Shown here piece by piece: positions 31,630 to 40,945 of a stretch of 64,000 nucleotides of DNA. Origin of the DNA: Clostridia bacterium (GTDB lineage: Bacteria; Bacillota; Clostridia; RGIG7378). The DNA lies in NCBI GenBank assembly GCA_017559445.1, contig JAFYSJ010000034.1:270-64269 (forward strand), in the 5' to 3' direction. How positions within the stretch are numbered: position 1 is the stretch's first letter; the number at the start of each line of letters is the position of its first letter. The notes under the pieces were generated by a model, which saw only the letters and a list, made by a program, of their open reading frames with translations, searched no databases and was not told the DNA's origin. The translations under genes were made by a program, and so were the position numbers.

Positions 31630-31986
31630 AAAACCGAGTAAGTCAATAAGCCGGGTTCTGTATTTGACAGTCATCTATCTAGGCCTGAGATCTCTAACAG
31701 GCTCAATCCACCTCCCCGGAACGGACGGGCAGCCCTATTGTTCCTCCACGGTGTTTCTCCGAATGGGGTTTACACGGTTCGGTATGTTACCATATCGCCA
31801 GTGAGCTCTTACCTCACTTTTCCACCCTTACCAAAGCATAGCCTTGGCGGTATTTTTCTGTTGCACTTTCCTTAGAGTCGCCTCCACCGGTATTTCGCCG
31901 GCACCCTTGCCCTACGGAGCCCGGACTTTCCTCGTTGGGGACCTTTCGATCGTCCACCGCGACTGTCCGGCTTACTCGGTTCTATT
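31630..31986 (-). ncRNA. rnpB: RNase P RNA (bacterial rnpB)
   Basis: minus strand contains CGAGGAAAGTCCGGGCTC, GGTAAGGGTGGAAAAGTGAGGTAAGAGCTCACTGG, ACAGAACCCGGCTTA; P1 pairing GAACCGAGTAAG/CTTACTCGGTT defines the ends. Confidence 0.9.
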
Positions 31987-32029
31987 CAATTGTAACGGCC
32001 AAGATTATACCTTATTTTATAACCTCAGT

Positions 32030-32731
32030 CTAGTGTGCCAAATGGTTCTCAAGCCATGCCTTATGAGCTTCCATTTGTGCTACGATTTCGCCAGTTCCCT
32101 TGCTAATTTCTAGCTCCTTGAGTGCTTCCTTAACAAAGTGTAGCTTTCTCTCCAAATACTTAATGGTTATGTCATCCTGTGCCTTAGGAATGTACTCACC
32201 ATATAGCATGTCGAACTGTCCCTTGGGGTATTCTCTCTTACCCTTAGGGTCCACAACAAAAACTACAAAGTATCTGCCTGCGTCCTCGATAACCTTTTCT
32301 TCCAAAATAGCCATACCCTGGTTATAAAGGAATTCACGGGTGGCATCTTCTCTATTGGCAGGTTGCAAAACAAGTCTGTCAATCTTGGAAACCACGTCTA
32401 TTCCTCTGGAAACGATGTCCGCAGTAACCATACCTCCAATGCCTGCGATAAATACAGCGCCTGGCAACTTGTCATTCTCCACATTACGAAGTCCATCAAA
32501 GCCATCTGCCACGATGCAAGTAATGTGCTGGGACATGTTCTCCTCTGCAATATTCTTGCGCGCCTTAGATGCTGGGCCCTCCTTGTTGTCTATGGCGTAC
32601 ACATGCTCTGCCAATCCAGACTGGACTAAATGCATGGCCAAATATCCATGATCTGTGCCAATATCTGCAGCAAACTTGTGCTTGCCACCTAATTTAGCCA
32701 ATGTAACCATGCGTTCTGTAATATGTAACAC
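32030..32731 (-). CDS. trmK: tRNA (adenine22-N1)-methyltransferase TrmK (YqfN family)
   Basis: 233 aa; SAM-MTase motif ADIGTDHGYLAMHL, ..IVADGFDGL.. Confidence 0.8.
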   Translation of the reverse strand: MLHITERMVTLAKLGGKHKFAADIGTDHGYLAMHLVQSGLAEHVYAIDNKEGPASKARKNIAEENMSQHITCIVADGFDGLRNVENDKLPGAVFIAGIGGMVTADIVSRGIDVVSKIDRLVLQPANREDATREFLYNQGMAILEEKVIEDAGRYFVVFVVDPKGKREYPKGQFDMLYGEYIPKAQDDITIKYLERKLHFVKEALKELEISKGTGEIVAQMEAHKAWLENHLAH

Positions 32732-32800
32732 CCTAAACCTCCAATGCTTTAATGAGCGAAGATATTATAACAAAGGATCGGGAGGATTCAAATCTTTTGT

Positions 32801-33378
32801 TAGTGTTTGGTGTTGAGTGTTTAGTGTTGAGTGTTTAGTGTTTAATAATTACTTTGGAACGACCCAAAGTAACCAAAGGTCGCCCGCTACTTCCGAAGCG
32901 CGGGAGGCACGGTTCACAAAGCTGTGCTTTGCAATGTTTAGTGAATGTCCCTGTGTTCCAGAAATCATTTCACGAGAGCGCAGCGATTCACTAGCGTAGC
33001 GGCCACTAGCGCAGCGGCTCACTAGCACCAACGGTGCGACTACTAGCGAATGCAATGAGCGGTCACTAACGAGCTTTGCTCGTGGTTCACTAGCAACGCA
33101 GTTGCGGCCTACTAGCCGAAGACGGTTCACTAGCGAGGGAAACGAGCGTCTACTAGCGTAGCGGCCACTAGCCGAAGGCGGTTCACTAGCGCAGCGGTCA
33201 CTAGCCGAAGGCGGTCACTAGCAAGCTCCGCTTGCGGCTCACTAGGCGCAGCCGGTTCACTAGCACCAACGGTGCGACTACTAGCAACGCAGTTGCGGTC
33301 ACTAGCCGAAGGCGGTCACTAGCAAGCTCTGCTTGCGGCTCTCTAGCACCAACGGTGCGACTACTAGCGCAGCGGATA
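32801..33378. repeat. Modular repeat element, locus 4 (largest): (TAGTGTTK)6 head, 70-nt core (32850-32915), unique ~75-nt insert, then ~25 (TTCACTAGC + mini-hairpin) modules
   Basis: seen directly; about 30 CTAG tetramers in 450 bp; hairpin repertoire shared with loci 1, 2 and 5 (GCAGCGGC, CCGAAGGCGG, AACGCAGTTGCGG, ACCAACGGTGCGA, AAGCTCYGCTTGCGG). Confidence 0.9.
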
Positions 33379-33379
33379 A

Positions 33380-33422
33380 CAAAACAAAAAAGCATCCACA
33401 TTTCTGCAGATGCTTTTTGTTT
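33380..33422 (-). terminator. Bidirectional terminator hairpin (AGCATC-cacatttctgca-GATGCT) with A/T runs, just 3' of the CAU tRNA
   Basis: hairpin with flanking homopolymer runs. Confidence 0.55.
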
Positions 33423-33499
33423 TGGTGGACCATCAGGGACTTGAACCCGGGACCAATCGGTTATGAGCCGAGTGCTCTGACCAACTGAGCTAATGGTCC
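33423..33499 (-). tRNA. tRNA with CAU anticodon (elongator Met or lysidine-modified Ile2; not initiator)
   Basis: GGACCATTAGCTCAGTTGGTCAGAGCACTCGGCTCATAACCGATTGGTCCCGGGTTCAAGTCCCTGATGGTCCACCA; G1-C72 and no GGG/CCC anticodon stem. Confidence 0.85.
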
Positions 33500-33558
33500 T
33501 CGCTTTGAGCGACTTTCACATTATAAAGTCGCTAAGCTATGTTGTCAAACAGATTATC

Positions 33559-35025
33559 TTACTGCTCGAGCCCGCGAATAATCTTGTCGAGAGACTGAAT
33601 CTGTCTCTTGTTAATGAGCAATTCATTCTCTCCTGCGAAGGACAATCTATAGTACTGAGTGCCATACTCTGTAAGTGTCATTGTCATCTCAGAGAACTTC
33701 TCTGTGTTGCGATAGAACTTAATTGTGATGTCTGGCTCAGTATCTGTTACAGAAATTGTAGTTCTGTCATCAGCTACGATGCTGTTAAGTGTTGTGAACA
33801 ACAATGTCTGCTGCTCTGTAGCCTTATCCTTCTCGATGTTAGTTGTGATAACTGTACCATCAGCGTATGTTACCTCAACCTTTGTAACTGTGGAAATATC
33901 AACCTTGCACATATCCATTGTCAAAGCAGATGTAACATCAAAGTTAAGAATCTTGTTCAATGTATCTGTAAGGATACCGTAAACAACCTGATCATTGCTG
34001 TGAACAGTATTTTCACCTGTTGCAGGATCTACCTTATTAATTGTAAGAGTTACATATGTGTAGTTACCTGCTGGGAAACCGATGTTCAAAGTATACTCAT
34101 AATAAGAATATGTCTTAACATCTTGTGTGGACTCATTTTTTACATCTGTTGTCTTCTCATCTTCCACGCAGTAGTAAACAAAGATATTTGCCTTAGGATT
34201 TTCCAATCCATAATCCTTCCACTCCTGGTCTGTTACGTTGAAATCCTTAGCAACATCAGGCTTCAAATCGAGAATTGCCTTAAGCAAATTCTGAACTGGA
34301 GATGTGCTACATGCTCTCTCATTAACATATGGGAAACCCAAGAACCATGCATAGTTCTTAGAAGAGTTATCATAATAGTTAGGATTGCCCTGACCATAAG
34401 ATGTAAACTCATATGTGTTTTCAGAAGATGTAACGGCAAACTGAAGTGTTGTGTACAAGTCGAAGTCTGACCAATCTGTGGGCATTTCTGCCAACTGGTA
34501 AACTGTGTACTTGAAGTAGTTGAGCATTGTCTCATCTACAAGGTAAACACCATCTTTGTTAGATGTCTTAAAGAAATAGTTCTGTGTATAGCTGTTATAT
34601 GAGCCAAAAGTCTCTGTAATAACAGTGCCATCCTTCATGTAGATTTTGACATCTAAAACGCTGCTATTAAATCCAAACTCAGCATCCACATCCTTTACGC
34701 TTGATGTATCAACCTTCTTAAAGGAAGAAACGTTTGTGGCATATACGAGCATGTATGCAATAGCATTCTGATTCAATGGGAAGTTAGGCTCCTCCTCTGC
34801 ATAGAACTCTCCATCCTTAAGCTTGAGAGTTACTGTCTCTCCACCATATGTGTACTGGAAATAATCTACATCAGATGTCTTTTTAGAAACCAATACGATT
34901 TCTTCATCCTTACCGCCTGTTGTTTCAGTTACATCCTGCTCTCCCAAGTTTTTCACAAGGAAGATACCTACCATAACCAAAGCCAAACATACAAGAAGGC
35001 TAACAATAACATTTGGTTTCTTCAT
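33559..35025 (-). CDS. DUF4340 domain protein (fourth gene of a GldG-type ABC cluster), N-terminal TM
   Basis: 488 aa; signal anchor; conserved position after the GldG-like gene. Confidence 0.6.
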   Translation of the reverse strand: MKKPNVIVSLLVCLALVMVGIFLVKNLGEQDVTETTGGKDEEIVLVSKKTSDVDYFQYTYGGETVTLKLKDGEFYAEEEPNFPLNQNAIAYMLVYATNVSSFKKVDTSSVKDVDAEFGFNSSVLDVKIYMKDGTVITETFGSYNSYTQNYFFKTSNKDGVYLVDETMLNYFKYTVYQLAEMPTDWSDFDLYTTLQFAVTSSENTYEFTSYGQGNPNYYDNSSKNYAWFLGFPYVNERACSTSPVQNLLKAILDLKPDVAKDFNVTDQEWKDYGLENPKANIFVYYCVEDEKTTDVKNESTQDVKTYSYYEYTLNIGFPAGNYTYVTLTINKVDPATGENTVHSNDQVVYGILTDTLNKILNFDVTSALTMDMCKVDISTVTKVEVTYADGTVITTNIEKDKATEQQTLLFTTLNSIVADDRTTISVTDTEPDITIKFYRNTEKFSEMTMTLTEYGTQYYRLSFAGENELLINKRQIQSLDKIIRGLEQ

Positions 35026-36491
35026 TACTTTCTTCTCCTAATTACGAAAACAATAATACCAGCTACCAAAACAACTGCAGGAATTACAATCTGCACAACT
35101 GTGCTCCAGAAGGAAACTTCTGACTGCAAAAGGTCAAGCTGATCATAAGCAAGGTCTACACTCTCAATCTCAATTGCCAATGTAACATCGCAAATTTCCT
35201 TGAGAATATCGGAAAATGCCAGATAGTTATAACTCTTATCTGAAACAACGCCTGTGAAAACATAGATGTTTGTCTCCACATCGTCATACTTCTCTACAAT
35301 ATGTGCACCAGTTATATACTCAGTTGTATTCTTATCTGGGAATTCGTCATCCCACTGAGCCAAATATCCTGTAGTCGTATTGCAAATCTTGTTAAATTCA
35401 ATTGAGCTTCTATGACTTTCCAACTCAACAATAGGCATAGAATAATAGCTCATGAACTTAATACCTTTTTTGTTAATTGTCTCAAAAGCTATATCCTCAC
35501 CAAGTGTTGGATAGAAAATAAATGGATAATCGTCATTATACTGTTTGGAAGGTGATATCTCATTTACATAATGATCGAAATCAATAGCAAAGCCATAATT
35601 CTCAAACAACTTAGCGAAATTCTCCAACTTAGACTCTGTTGAACGAGCCATTACAAACATAATGTCTCCGCCATCATTTGCGTACTGAAGAAGGAGCTCA
35701 TATTCCTGCTGTGTCAAATCAAGGGAAGGCTCAAAAACGAGAATCATTCTACAGTCCTCTGGGATTTCAGCTCCCAAAGTCAAGGAATTAAACTTAATTA
35801 TGTCGTTGGAAATAGCATCATAGAAGTAATCCACCTTCTTTTCGCCATGTCCTGCCAAAACATATACCTGAGGCCATTCCTCATTAGTAACATAGTTAAT
35901 AGCCTGAGCCATCTTCTGCTCGCCCATAAATGTTGCTGGATAATAAGCTGTCACACCTGAATAGTATGCATTGATATCCTGTGCCCATCCATAGAACTCA
36001 CTAGCTACGGCGCCATTCTGAAGGTCGTCCTCAGTCAAGCTAGAATGCTCACCACCTGATATTACATAAAAAAGAGGTTTGCCCTTGTCATCCAACAAAT
36101 TCTCGTTAACAACAATCAAAGTATTGGAAGTAATATTTTCGATGTCGTAATTAGACGCAAAGTTAGGATATACAACAGGGTCAATAACCTTGAACTCAAA
36201 GTGGCTACTAAGTGTTGCATAGTTCTCTACGAATGTCTTAACTGTAATATCCTCTTGTCCACTGGAACAGAGATAATAGAGCTTAATATCCTGATCAAGA
36301 AGCGCCAGGCACTCCTCTGTCTCCTTAGATGTGGCTGTATAAAGGCCAGTTCTTGTCATATCGAATCTTGTGTACTGCACTGGAATTGCATTAACCAAAA
36401 CGTTAAGCAAAATAACAACTGCCAATACAATTGCAGATACTACCAAGGAATATCCTGCATTCTTAACAAGTCGGTTATTTCTCTTATTCAT
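35025..36491 (-). CDS. GldG-family ABC-transport auxiliary protein (N- and C-terminal TM anchors)
   Basis: 488 aa; TM at both ends; sits after the ABC-2 permease as in Gld-like clusters. Confidence 0.65.
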   Translation of the reverse strand: MNKRNNRLVKNAGYSLVVSAIVLAVVILLNVLVNAIPVQYTRFDMTRTGLYTATSKETEECLALLDQDIKLYYLCSSGQEDITVKTFVENYATLSSHFEFKVIDPVVYPNFASNYDIENITSNTLIVVNENLLDDKGKPLFYVISGGEHSSLTEDDLQNGAVASEFYGWAQDINAYYSGVTAYYPATFMGEQKMAQAINYVTNEEWPQVYVLAGHGEKKVDYFYDAISNDIIKFNSLTLGAEIPEDCRMILVFEPSLDLTQQEYELLLQYANDGGDIMFVMARSTESKLENFAKLFENYGFAIDFDHYVNEISPSKQYNDDYPFIFYPTLGEDIAFETINKKGIKFMSYYSMPIVELESHRSSIEFNKICNTTTGYLAQWDDEFPDKNTTEYITGAHIVEKYDDVETNIYVFTGVVSDKSYNYLAFSDILKEICDVTLAIEIESVDLAYDQLDLLQSEVSFWSTVVQIVIPAVVLVAGIIVFVIRRRK

Positions 36492-36507
36492 TGCTTTTAC
36501 CTCCTTA

Positions 36508-37371
36508 TTAAGACCATCTCTTCTTGTCTACAGCCTGAACTGTAAGGAATACAAAGAGACCTGTTACAGAAAGGTAGTAAACAACAGATGGAATGTCAAA
36601 AATGCCATAGATGAAGTAATCCATACGTCCAAAGAGGGAGAACCACTTAAGAACGGAAGGAAGTGTGCCTGCCAACAATGTGGGATTAAGCACGAACAAA
36701 ACTGTAAGTGCTGCCACTGCCACAAATGTGAAAATAGCAGGGATCAAGAAGTTTTTCATCATCACATAAATAAGTACTGCAAAGAGCACTGCGATAATGG
36801 AAAATCCAATGTAAGAAACAAGTGCATCGCCAGAAATCATATCTGCAACGCTATCTCCAAGGTATGCGAATAAAACAACCAATACGGAAATAATAGCTGC
36901 AACAATCTGGTTCTCTGTCAAAGATGAAATGAACATACCGATTGCAAGCAATGCTGCGCTAAGAAGCACAAATGCCATCAAAGTTGCGTATGTTGTTGCC
37001 CAGAAAATATCACCGTACATAGAGATAATCACAGGGTAAATAGCAATAATTGCGCAGGGCAAAAGGTAGAATGCCAACAATGCAAAGTACTTACCAAGAA
37101 CAATCTTAGAAGATGTCAAAGGCAAGGACATGAGCAATTGGTCTGTCTTAAGTTTGCGGTCCTCTGCAACAGTTCTCATTGTCAAAATTGGAACCAAGAT
37201 GATCATGATGAACAAAATGCTACCGATTACATACTCAAAGTTAGGATATGCATAATCAAACACATATACTGATGTGTACAAACCAATAACTACCAAGAAT
37301 ACGGCAGCATAAATGGCACCAATGAGGTTGGTGAAATATGATTTAAATTCTCTCTTAAATATCGCACCCAT
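36508..37371 (-). CDS. ABC-2 type transporter permease (GldF-like)
   Basis: 287 aa; 6-7 TM helices; follows the ATPase gene. Confidence 0.75.
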   Translation of the reverse strand: MGAIFKREFKSYFTNLIGAIYAAVFLVVIGLYTSVYVFDYAYPNFEYVIGSILFIMIILVPILTMRTVAEDRKLKTDQLLMSLPLTSSKIVLGKYFALLAFYLLPCAIIAIYPVIISMYGDIFWATTYATLMAFVLLSAALLAIGMFISSLTENQIVAAIISVLVVLFAYLGDSVADMISGDALVSYIGFSIIAVLFAVLIYVMMKNFLIPAIFTFVAVAALTVLFVLNPTLLAGTLPSVLKWFSLFGRMDYFIYGIFDIPSVVYYLSVTGLFVFLTVQAVDKKRWS

Positions 37372-37374
37372 GGA

Positions 37375-38355
37375 TTAGTCCTCCTCGCCACTTTCTGAAA
37401 CAGTATCGATGTTCTGGCTAGTGATTCTAATGAATACCTGCTCCAAAGTCATCTCTCTCTTTTCCATCTTAACAATTGGGCATCTAGCATCACTAAGTGC
37501 GTAGAAAATCTGTTCCTCAGGATCAGACTCCTTAGAACACTCAACAACTACAGAAACAACACCTGCATCTGTACTCAAAACAGAAGCATTAGTTACACCT
37601 GCAACACCATTAAGAGCATTAATAATCTTAACGGAATCACCCTTAACTGTAATGTCAAAGATGTTTCTATCCTGCAAAATATCAGACAAGTTCTCAGGAG
37701 TATCGTTAGCCAAAAGCTTACCCTTGTTAATGATGAGAACCTGATCACAAATAGCAGTAACTTCCTGCATGATGTGTGTAGAAAGGATAACTGTGCGGTC
37801 CTTAGCCAAATCCTTAATAAGGTCGCGGATCTCGATAATCTGTGTTGGGTCAAGGCCTACAGAAGGCTCGTCAAGGATGATAATCTCAGGATTGCCCAAA
37901 ATAGCCTGTGCAATACCAACTCTCTGCTTATATCCCTTGGACAAATGGCGAATCAAACGATTAGCGACGTCAGCAATGCTGGTACGCTCACAGGCATACT
38001 TAACCTGCTCCTTAAGTTCCTTGCCAGACAAACCCTTAGCCTCGCCTACAAACATAAGGTACTCCTTAGGTGTCATGTCAGGATAAAGTGGTGGCAACTC
38101 TGGCAAATAACCAATAAGTCTCTTAGCTCCAATTGGATCTTGGAATATATCGTGACCGTCAATCAAAACAGTACCCTCGGTAGCTGCCAAACATCCAGTC
38201 AAAATATTCATAGTAGTTGACTTACCTGCACCATTTGGTCCAAGGAAGCCATAAACCTGATTGCGCTGAACTGTGAAGCTCAGGTTGTCTACAGCCTTAT
38301 GAGGGCCATAGTACTTGGTTAAATTCTTTACCTCTATCAATGTACTTTCCTCCAA
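37375..38355 (-). CDS. ABC transporter ATP-binding protein (GldA-like)
   Basis: Walker A GPNGAGKST, signature LSKGYKQR, Walker B ILDEP. Confidence 0.9.
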   Translation of the reverse strand: MEESTLIEVKNLTKYYGPHKAVDNLSFTVQRNQVYGFLGPNGAGKSTTMNILTGCLAATEGTVLIDGHDIFQDPIGAKRLIGYLPELPPLYPDMTPKEYLMFVGEAKGLSGKELKEQVKYACERTSIADVANRLIRHLSKGYKQRVGIAQAILGNPEIIILDEPSVGLDPTQIIEIRDLIKDLAKDRTVILSTHIMQEVTAICDQVLIINKGKLLANDTPENLSDILQDRNIFDITVKGDSVKIINALNGVAGVTNASVLSTDAGVVSVVVECSKESDPEEQIFYALSDARCPIVKMEKREMTLEQVFIRITSQNIDTVSESGEED

Positions 38356-38422
38356 TAAAGAAATTACTCTTATTTTTATATTACAGCTTATTTGTTTCTT
38401 ACTCGTGAATAAAAATAGAACA

Positions 38423-39187
38423 TCAAATAAGACTGGGCAAACTATTTATAACTTCTGTGAACTCTTCGTAAAATCCTTGAGGATACATGGAATAATCCAA
38501 ATTACGAGAGTTAACAATATTGTTCTTAAGGAGAAATACCTCCATGCCCAACTCCTTGGCAATCATATCCTCGCGAACATCGTTGCCAACCATTAAGCAA
38601 TGCTCCGGCACCAGCTGTTCCTGGGCAATTATCTCCTTGTAATATTCCTTAGACGGCTTGGCATAAAAATGGTTCTCGTAACTTGTAACAAGTTCAAAAT
38701 CCTCCGGATCCATACCTGCCCATCTAATCCTGCGTTCTGTACATCTACCTGGGAACAATGGATTAGTAGCCAAAATTACCCTGTAACCCTTGGCCTTAAG
38801 CGTCTTAATCCACTGGCCTGCCATGGGATTAAATCCTGTGCACTCCTTTACCTTGTCGAACTCACGATCTGAAAAACGCTCAAAAATCTCGCATACAACA
38901 TCGTAATTGCTGCCAGCGTTATCCTTAACATGGCTAAAGAAAAGTTCCTTGTTAGTCATGGTGCCAGGATTATGTATCATGGCCACAAAGGCCTCCTCTA
39001 TTACATCGAACAAATACTGTCTGTCAAATCCATAGGGCTCTCCAGTAATGGCCAACCCATCGTAATAAAGGTCGATAAATCTGTCTGTTTCCATTGGAAG
39101 CAATGTGCCATCTAAGTCAAACAAAATCGTATCCAAATTTGCTAACACGGCCACTACCCCCACTTTAAGATATACAAATACCATCAT
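38423..39187 (-). CDS. HAD-superfamily hydrolase (start codon uncertain)
   Basis: DxDGTL motif (ILFDLDGTLL); the first ~20 codons of the ORF lack a good RBS, and an internal GTG is a possible start. Confidence 0.7.
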   Translation of the reverse strand: MMVFVYLKVGVVAVLANLDTILFDLDGTLLPMETDRFIDLYYDGLAITGEPYGFDRQYLFDVIEEAFVAMIHNPGTMTNKELFFSHVKDNAGSNYDVVCEIFERFSDREFDKVKECTGFNPMAGQWIKTLKAKGYRVILATNPLFPGRCTERRIRWAGMDPEDFELVTSYENHFYAKPSKEYYKEIIAQEQLVPEHCLMVGNDVREDMIAKELGMEVFLLKNNIVNSRNLDYSMYPQGFYEEFTEVINSLPSLI

Positions 39188-39250
39188 AGTTTACCTTTTA
39201 TTTCTCGCCTTGACAAGGTTAAATCTAATGTTATAATAAACAAGCTGTTT

Positions 39251-39326
39251 GGGGATGTAGCTCAACTGGTAGAGCGCTTGAATGGCATTCAAGAGGTAGT
39301 GGGTTCGACCCCCATCATCTCCACCA
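39251..39326 (+). tRNA. tRNA-Ala (anticodon GGC)
   Basis: GGGGATGTAGCTCAACTGGTAGAGCGCTTGAATGGCATTCAAG..CCACCA with the G3:U70 identity pair. Confidence 0.88.
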
Positions 39327-39328
39327 AG

Positions 39329-39366
39329 AGTGTTGAAACCATTGTGTTTCAGCACTTTTTTATTTT
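39329..39366 (+). terminator. Rho-independent terminator after tRNA-Ala
   Basis: GTGTTGAAAC-cattg-GTTTCAGCAC then TTTTTTATTTT. Confidence 0.75.
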
Positions 39367-39422
39367 CTGCGACTTATTTGAATATGAATCTATACTCCTC
39401 GAATACCATTGGAGCGTTCCTT

Positions 39423-39459
39423 TCAAAATGACAAAAGGCACCGACTTGCGTCGATGCCC
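39423..39459 (-). terminator. Terminator of the two-component operon (GGCATCGAC-gcaa-GTCGGTGCC + U-run on minus)
   Basis: hairpin plus TTTTGTCATTTTG on the minus strand. Confidence 0.6.
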
Positions 39460-39561
39460 CTTGTCTAGTGTGTAATACAAACATTAGGTGAATATCAAAG
39501 ATTTAGTATGCTTAATGCTGTGCACATAGTTTATATACGCAACATTAAAGAATCCTTAAAA

Positions 39562-40944
39562 TCAAGATTTTATTAGAAGCTTTGTAACAAACTCTGATCC
39601 CTCTCCCGGAATACTATTAACTAAAATAGTTCCTCCATGACATTCTGCAGCTTGAAGTGCCAAAGAAAGTCCTAATCCGTAACCTCTTTCCATACTACGA
39701 GACTTATCTGCCCTGTAGAATCTTCCAAAGATACGTGTCCTATCCTTTTCGTCGATGCCTATGCCATCATCCTTAACGCTAACATACACATACTTTTCAT
39801 CTCTGTAGGCCTTAACCCAAATATGGCCATTCTCCACGCCATACTTATATGCATTTGAGATTATGTTAGTGAGAATTCTGCAAATAAGCAGGGGGTCTCC
39901 TTCCATCTCAATGTTATTTCCACATTCGCACTCTAAAGCAATTCCCTTTTGTGCAACAGTTTCCATGTCTTCACATGTGTCCATAATGAGCTCGCTTAAA
40001 TTAAGTGGCTCTTTATTAATTTTCTCTGTGTGCATCTCCATTCTAGTGAAAGCAAGCAATTGAGAAATAAGCTGGGACATGTTTCTAGCCTGTCTCTGAA
40101 TAAGGGTGAGGGCCTCTCTGTACTCCTCTACAGTCTGTTCCTCCTCCAAGGAATACTCACATTGGGCCAAAATAACCCCTGTTGGAGTTCTAAGCTCGTG
40201 GGATGCGTCAGATGTAAAAGACTTTTCTGCCTCGAAGGACTTCTCAAGACGGCCAATCATCTTATCAACGGTATTAGCTAGTCTATGAACCTCATCCTTA
40301 CCTCTACCAACGTTGATTCTCTGGCTCAGGTCGTCACCATCACTGATGCTCTCTGCAGCCTTGGAAATCTTCTTAACTGGTCGCAACATGAGAGTTGCCA
40401 TAATATAACCAGTTACTGATGCAAATAATACAACCAAAGGCAATATTCTAGTGGCACTCTTAATAACAGTACCTACTGTACCTGCATACAGCTCGGTATC
40501 AACCTTGCATACACCTCTAATCCATAGGTAATCGCCTGGCTTTTTGGGATCTGATATATCCTTATAGTCAAAAATGATGTACTTTTGTCCAGCTACTGTT
40601 GTAATTTGAATTTCATCGTGAACAAAATCTATTTCCTCAAAATAAACATCGTTGGGTCCCTTAAGAAGTATTCCACTTGAATTAAAGACAAAGGCCGTCA
40701 TATCCGATCTACGCTGAACAAAGTCTCCAATCTCTAAGTCAATCTCAATTTTGTTTGTATTTGTGTTGTAAGATACCCAATATCCAACTTCTTTGGCATT
40801 TTGCTGAACGAAGTTTTCAAGTCTGACTGACATATTTTCCTGATAGAAATTACCAGAAATTGAGTACAGGAAGAACAACACAAGGTAAACCAAAACAACC
40901 ATGAAGGATGTATACCAAAGTGTAATTTTTAATCGAATTGACAT
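39562..40944 (-). CDS. Sensor histidine kinase (2 TM, HAMP, HisKA H-box HELRTP, HATPase)
   Basis: 460 aa; H-box and N/G1/G2 boxes. Confidence 0.9.
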   Translation of the reverse strand: MSIRLKITLWYTSFMVVLVYLVLFFLYSISGNFYQENMSVRLENFVQQNAKEVGYWVSYNTNTNKIEIDLEIGDFVQRRSDMTAFVFNSSGILLKGPNDVYFEEIDFVHDEIQITTVAGQKYIIFDYKDISDPKKPGDYLWIRGVCKVDTELYAGTVGTVIKSATRILPLVVLFASVTGYIMATLMLRPVKKISKAAESISDGDDLSQRINVGRGKDEVHRLANTVDKMIGRLEKSFEAEKSFTSDASHELRTPTGVILAQCEYSLEEEQTVEEYREALTLIQRQARNMSQLISQLLAFTRMEMHTEKINKEPLNLSELIMDTCEDMETVAQKGIALECECGNNIEMEGDPLLICRILTNIISNAYKYGVENGHIWVKAYRDEKYVYVSVKDDGIGIDEKDRTRIFGRFYRADKSRSMERGYGLGLSLALQAAECHGGTILVNSIPGEGSEFVTKLLIKS

Positions 40945-40945
40945 A

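Noticed and set aside
31844-32113. 89-aa plus-strand ORF
   Set aside because: Overlaps the RNase P RNA gene (rnpB) on the opposite strand; no RBS.
32849-33444. ORFs 32849-33130, 33201-33401, 33232-33444 inside the modular repeat array
   Set aside because: Their 'proteins' (LASE/LVS(D)R repeats) are just translations of the TTCACTAGC-hairpin modules; no RBS; frame-dependent repeat artefact.
33493-34470. 325-aa plus-strand ORF and 44566-45660 364-aa plus-strand ORF
   Set aside because: Antisense to the DUF4340 gene and serA respectively; Cys-rich nonsense composition typical of GC3-skewed antisense frames.
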